Positions 47,268-49,970 of a DNA stretch of 49,970 bases are shown one piece after another. A program made the translations under genes and the position numbers. The stretch is from a virus. Taxonomy: Duplodnaviria > Caudoviricetes. Under the pieces are notes generated by a model. The model was not told the DNA's origin. It saw nothing but the letters and a program-made list of their open reading frames with translations, and ran no database searches. The stretch spans positions 1 to 49,970 of the IMG/VR virus record IMGVR_UViG_3300027790_000033; one strand, given 5' to 3'. Numbering within the stretch: position 1 is the stretch's first letter; every line of letters starts with the position of its first letter.

Positions 47268-47337
47268 GCCGTGTTCGTCTAACAGCAGGACGCTGCCATC
47301 CCAGGCAGAAACGATGGTGCAAATCCATCACATGGCT
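47268..47337 (+). tRNA. tRNA-like RNA 2 (Gly-like, 6 nt anticodon loop)
   Basis: Acceptor GCCGTGT/ACATGGC plus U73, D stem GTC/GAC, anticodon arm CTGCC-ATCCCA-GGCAG, T arm GATGG-TGCAAAT-CCATC. Confidence 0.75.
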
Positions 47338-47340
47338 CTC

Positions 47341-47414
47341 GCCCCCTGTCGTCTAACGGCAAGACATCGGCCACTTCAAGGTCGGCAACGGTGGTTCGAC
47401 TCCACCTCGGGGCT
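47341..47414 (+). tRNA. tRNA-like RNA 3 (Glu-like scaffold, extended anticodon arm)
   Basis: Acceptor GCCCC/GGGGC with a mismatched base, D arm GTCTAACGGCAAGAC, anticodon arm TCGGCC-ACTTCAA-GGTCGG, T arm GGTGG-TTCGACT-CCACC. Confidence 0.75.
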
Positions 47415-47482
47415 TTGACAATTCCACCACAACACACGAACCCCTCAAGTATCATTACTCTCACTTAGTCAACACGACAGAG

Positions 47483-47686
47483 AATAATAATTATATTTGA
47501 GGGGGGTCTCTCGCGGAGATCTCCGTGAGAGAGGTGCCATATCAATTGTTATTATCCCTATTAATTAGTTAATTCTATATATAAGTCTATTAGATATATA
47601 GAGTTACATCATAATTGGAATACTTACATAATCTGAGTATAGTTGGAATACTTACATTTCATCGCTGAATACTTGGGATAATTACA
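47483..47686. other. AT-rich region with palindrome and direct repeats (candidate replication origin)
   Basis: 26 bp near-perfect palindrome at 47507-47532; TTGGAATACTTACAT at 47615 and 47643; strongly AT-rich against a GC-rich genome. Confidence 0.6.
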
Positions 47687-47705
47687 CAACAGGCCAGGAG
47701 CACAG

Positions 47706-47975
47706 ATGGGTCAGTATTTGGGGCTTTCACCAGACCACCACAACCTCACGCGAATCGCAGACGCTACCGAAAAGATCCTGGCCATCCTTGAGTCAGCACC
47801 GCAGCTACCGAAGGTCTTCACCTTTGAGGGTCGACAGGTGGTATTCATTCCCGGAGAGAGCACAAATGACCTACATGATGCCGTCCCCGATGGACGCCCC
47901 ATACGATCTACTGGATCGAGTCTCGAAGTGGAGAAACACGCCACACCCACACCCGCCGAACAAAGACATGATTGA
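47706..47975 (+). CDS. Hypothetical protein
   Basis: AGGAG RBS before ATG at 47706. Confidence 0.55.
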   Translation: MGQYLGLSPDHHNLTRIADATEKILAILESAPQLPKVFTFEGRQVVFIPGESTNDLHDAVPDGRPIRSTGSSLEVEKHATPTPAEQRHD

Positions 47976-48174
47976 CTTCCTGGAGAAGATGCGAGACTTC
48001 GCTGACGAGATGCTCAAGCGGTACAACGACCGCCCCCAGTACCCATCCACGCCACACCCGTCGCCTCGATTCAATGAGACGATTGTCACATGCCAGTCGA
48101 CCCCAGCAGAAAATGACGTCGAGATTAACGAAGGTCAGTACGCTTCCAGGCCCCATGTAGTGTTCACCGCATGA
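47866..48174 (+). CDS. Hypothetical protein
   Basis: GGAG RBS before ATG at 47866; stop overlaps the next start. Confidence 0.45.
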   Translation: MTYMMPSPMDAPYDLLDRVSKWRNTPHPHPPNKDMIDFLEKMRDFADEMLKRYNDRPQYPSTPHPSPRFNETIVTCQSTPAENDVEINEGQYASRPHVVFTA

Positions 48175-48806
48175 CCAACCTATCGATTGACGTCGAGAAC
48201 TACACCCAGCTCAAGAAGCAATACAAGCGAGAACTGTCTCAGCGGAGAAAATGGCAAGAGGCGGTTCGGTTCCGGGAGTCCATGAGGAGAGAGGGGTACT
48301 CCGAGAAGGACGCATTCATCTTGATGATGCACCAATACTCGGCGTTGACGGGACTGCCGGACCCATGCCCGGACATCCGGGTCATTCCTTACGACGAACG
48401 GAATCAAGCGGGACCACTATTCGAGGAAATCAAAGACGGGGTAATCAGCCTGGATCACCTTGTCTCGCCCAAGCAGAAAGAACGGGACCGGAATGCCAAG
48501 GAGTCTGGAGCCGAACAGTCACAAGTCGAACCCATCCCTTGGGAAGACATGCAGTGGGCCTATGCTCATGCAAATGACGGATCGATCTCCAAGGATCACC
48601 CGCCTCCATCCAAGGGCGCCATTGGTCTTTGGGAGTTTGCCCGAAGCTATCCAGATAAGTTCTACAACGCGTACTTCCGGCAGCTAGAACGGTTCGACGA
48701 GGAACAGCAGCAAACCCGCGACATCAAGCGGGACGCACGGAAGTCGGTCGAGGAGATCGAGACTTACTTGAGCATGTTGGAGGACCACGCAGATGAGCAA
48801 GGGTGA
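48171..48806 (+). CDS. Hypothetical protein, possible terminase small subunit
   Basis: 211 aa helical protein a few genes upstream of terL on the circular map, with a PSKGA..LWEFA...PDKFY motif. The function is a positional guess. Confidence 0.45.
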   Translation: MTNLSIDVENYTQLKKQYKRELSQRRKWQEAVRFRESMRREGYSEKDAFILMMHQYSALTGLPDPCPDIRVIPYDERNQAGPLFEEIKDGVISLDHLVSPKQKERDRNAKESGAEQSQVEPIPWEDMQWAYAHANDGSISKDHPPPSKGAIGLWEFARSYPDKFYNAYFRQLERFDEEQQQTRDIKRDARKSVEEIETYLSMLEDHADEQG

Positions 48807-48915
48807 GAAAATCAAACTAGGACTGTTGTGTGCCGGGTTCGTTCTGGCCTCGGGGGGGGCGGCAGTGTCGTTCTTCAAGATGGTCGAGATTATTTACACC
48901 GCAGCCCTCAAATGA
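48793..48915 (+). CDS. 40 aa single-TM peptide (not in ORF track)
   Basis: MSKGEKIKLGLLCAGFVLASGGAAVSFFKMVEIIYTAALK with a GGAGG RBS. Confidence 0.45.
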   Translation: MSKGEKIKLGLLCAGFVLASGGAAVSFFKMVEIIYTAALK

Positions 48916-48928
48916 TCGGCGGTCGCAG

Positions 48929-49261
48929 ATGAGCCACCACCCTTCGATTCAGTTCCGGCTAGATGCCTTCGACTCGACATCGAGCGGGGCAGAGCCGAGG
49001 TGTCCTTTCGCGGACATCGAGCAGCACTTCGGACAACTGGCGGTCTTCTTGGCGGGCCGGTTTCCGATCACGAAGCACGAGGCAGGAAAACGGGACGTGT
49101 GTGACGTCCTGCAGAAGTTGGCCCAAGTTCGGGCCGAGACAATCTTAATTGCAAAATTGACGGAGCGAAGCAATGGGGAAACGAGTCAGTCAAGAGATGT
49201 GGCGGATCAAGCTCACGTACGAGGGCACGAAGCTGACGAACAGCGACGGCACTCCGCATGA
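48929..49261 (+). CDS. Hypothetical protein
   Basis: Fills the gap; overlaps the next ORF. Confidence 0.4.
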   Translation: MSHHPSIQFRLDAFDSTSSGAEPRCPFADIEQHFGQLAVFLAGRFPITKHEAGKRDVCDVLQKLAQVRAETILIAKLTERSNGETSQSRDVADQAHVRGHEADEQRRHSA

Positions 49262-49478
49262 GTCCGCCGACGCGGATCGCAAGTCCCAACCCAACGACCG
49301 GCTGGTCCGGGAAGTCGAGATGCCCTACGAGGGGTTGGTCGCCTTCCAATCCATGATGGCACAGATCGAGGCCGGGTTCGCCAAGGCGTCGGAAGCCAAC
49401 GCCATCCGCAAGGACCCCAGCACTGCTGAGTTCTTCGCGGATCTGCAGCGATTGGCTCAACAACTCGCCAAGGCGTAA
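49173..49478 (+). CDS. Hypothetical protein
   Basis: GGAG RBS and phage-like codon usage. Confidence 0.65.
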   Translation: MGKRVSQEMWRIKLTYEGTKLTNSDGTPHESADADRKSQPNDRLVREVEMPYEGLVAFQSMMAQIEAGFAKASEANAIRKDPSTAEFFADLQRLAQQLAKA

Positions 49479-49554
49479 GAGTCATCTGCGATGTCTTCGG
49501 CGGTGTGGTCCAGATAGTGGCCACACTGCCGAAGACGCAGACAGGAGTAGAGCG

Positions 49555-49746
49555 ATGTTGGAACTGGCGATACTGGTTGGGCTGTTGGCTGTTGCCTACG
49601 CCTGGGGATACTTTGAGCGGTGGCTGGGGCCACTAGAGGAGCAAGCAGATGAGTGCGTTGGAGCTGATTGTCGATCTGAATGGGAAGGCAATCGACAAGA
49701 TCAACAAGACGATTGGGAACCTGAGTTCGCTGTTGGATCTGACTAG
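49555..49746 (+). CDS. Small N-terminal TM protein
   Basis: AGGAG RBS; hydrophobic segment LAILVGLLAVAYAW. Confidence 0.5.
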   Translation: MLELAILVGLLAVAYAWGYFERWLGPLEEQADECVGADCRSEWEGNRQDQQDDWEPEFAVGSD

Positions 49747-49970
49747 GACTGACTGCAACAACCTCTTTGGTGAGGTCAACAATGCCAACAATCGCGTCTC
49801 TGAAGTGGTTGACGAATTGGTGGGGATTAAGAACCAAGTCCAGGAACTCTACGAGGCCGGGTACGACCTCAAGCCGGAAGAGAAGAAAGAGATTGCCGAC
49901 ACGGTCGTGCGGTTCTTGTCTGAGCGATACAACCTGCAGCCCATCGAGAAGCCCAATGTCGCATCTGGTC
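49649..49970 (+). CDS. N-terminal part of coiled-coil paralog, truncated by the window end
   Basis: GAGGAG RBS; frame open to the end (MSALELIV...EKPNVASG), stopping where the GQxW motif is expected. Confidence 0.7.
   Translation, partial: MSALELIVDLNGKAIDKINKTIGNLSSLLDLTRTDCNNLFGEVNNANNRVSEVVDELVGIKNQVQELYEAGYDLKPEEKKEIADTVVRFLSERYNLQPIEKPNVASG

Larger units (their letters stand above)
1..49970. mobile_element. Near-complete temperate tailed phage genome (podovirus-like), circularly permuted
   Basis: Terminase, portal, capsid, tail and ejection genes, integrase with attP-like repeats, and a replication module. No host housekeeping genes. The ORF at the right end matches the N-terminal half of the ORF at 1-168. 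Confidence 0.95.

Noticed and set aside
47341-47414. Selenocysteine tRNA
   Set aside because: The loop contains CTTCAA, but there is no long variable arm or extended acceptor stem.
48852-48859. G8 homopolymer as a phase-variation switch
   Set aside because: It is short, in frame within a 40 aa ORF, and there is no evidence of length variation from a single sequence.
1-49970. Genome-wide stop-codon reassignment (TAG or TGA)
   Set aside because: Core genes are intact in code 11 and end in TAG, TGA or TAA with tight coupling to the next start. Only one in-frame TAG was noticed.

Overview
The window is an almost complete ~50 kb circularly permuted genome of a tailed, probably temperate phage with a podovirus-like layout: portal, scaffold, capsid, adaptor, nozzle and ejection proteins, and no recognisable tape measure. 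The ORF running off the right end appears to continue at position 1. The host is tentatively a Planctomycete, inferred from my recollection of the integrase family and not from a search. Modules: packaging and virion genes (1.4-25.7 kb, +); a lysis-position cassette with a secreted trypsin-like protease and no recognisable endolysin (25.7-29.2 kb); attP, a tyrosine integrase and a divergent promoter switch with no recognisable CI (29.6-31.6 kb); Gp157/Sak4/SSB/helicase/primase-polymerase/RusA replication genes (31.7-40.1 kb); a serine recombinase and a leftward operon of small acidic proteins (40.1-46.7 kb); and a control region (46.7-47.7 kb). Four observations stand out. (1) Three tandem tRNA-like RNAs sit behind a perfect sigma70 promoter, and all three have aberrant anticodon arms. 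(2) An (ACC)n leader, often directly preceded by a long irregular hairpin, lies upstream of about 17 gene starts on both strands. (3) The attP core reads as MYDLAVI, like the start of a host flavoprotein gene. (4) Lysis may depend on a protease. All calls come from motif reading by eye; no searches were run.
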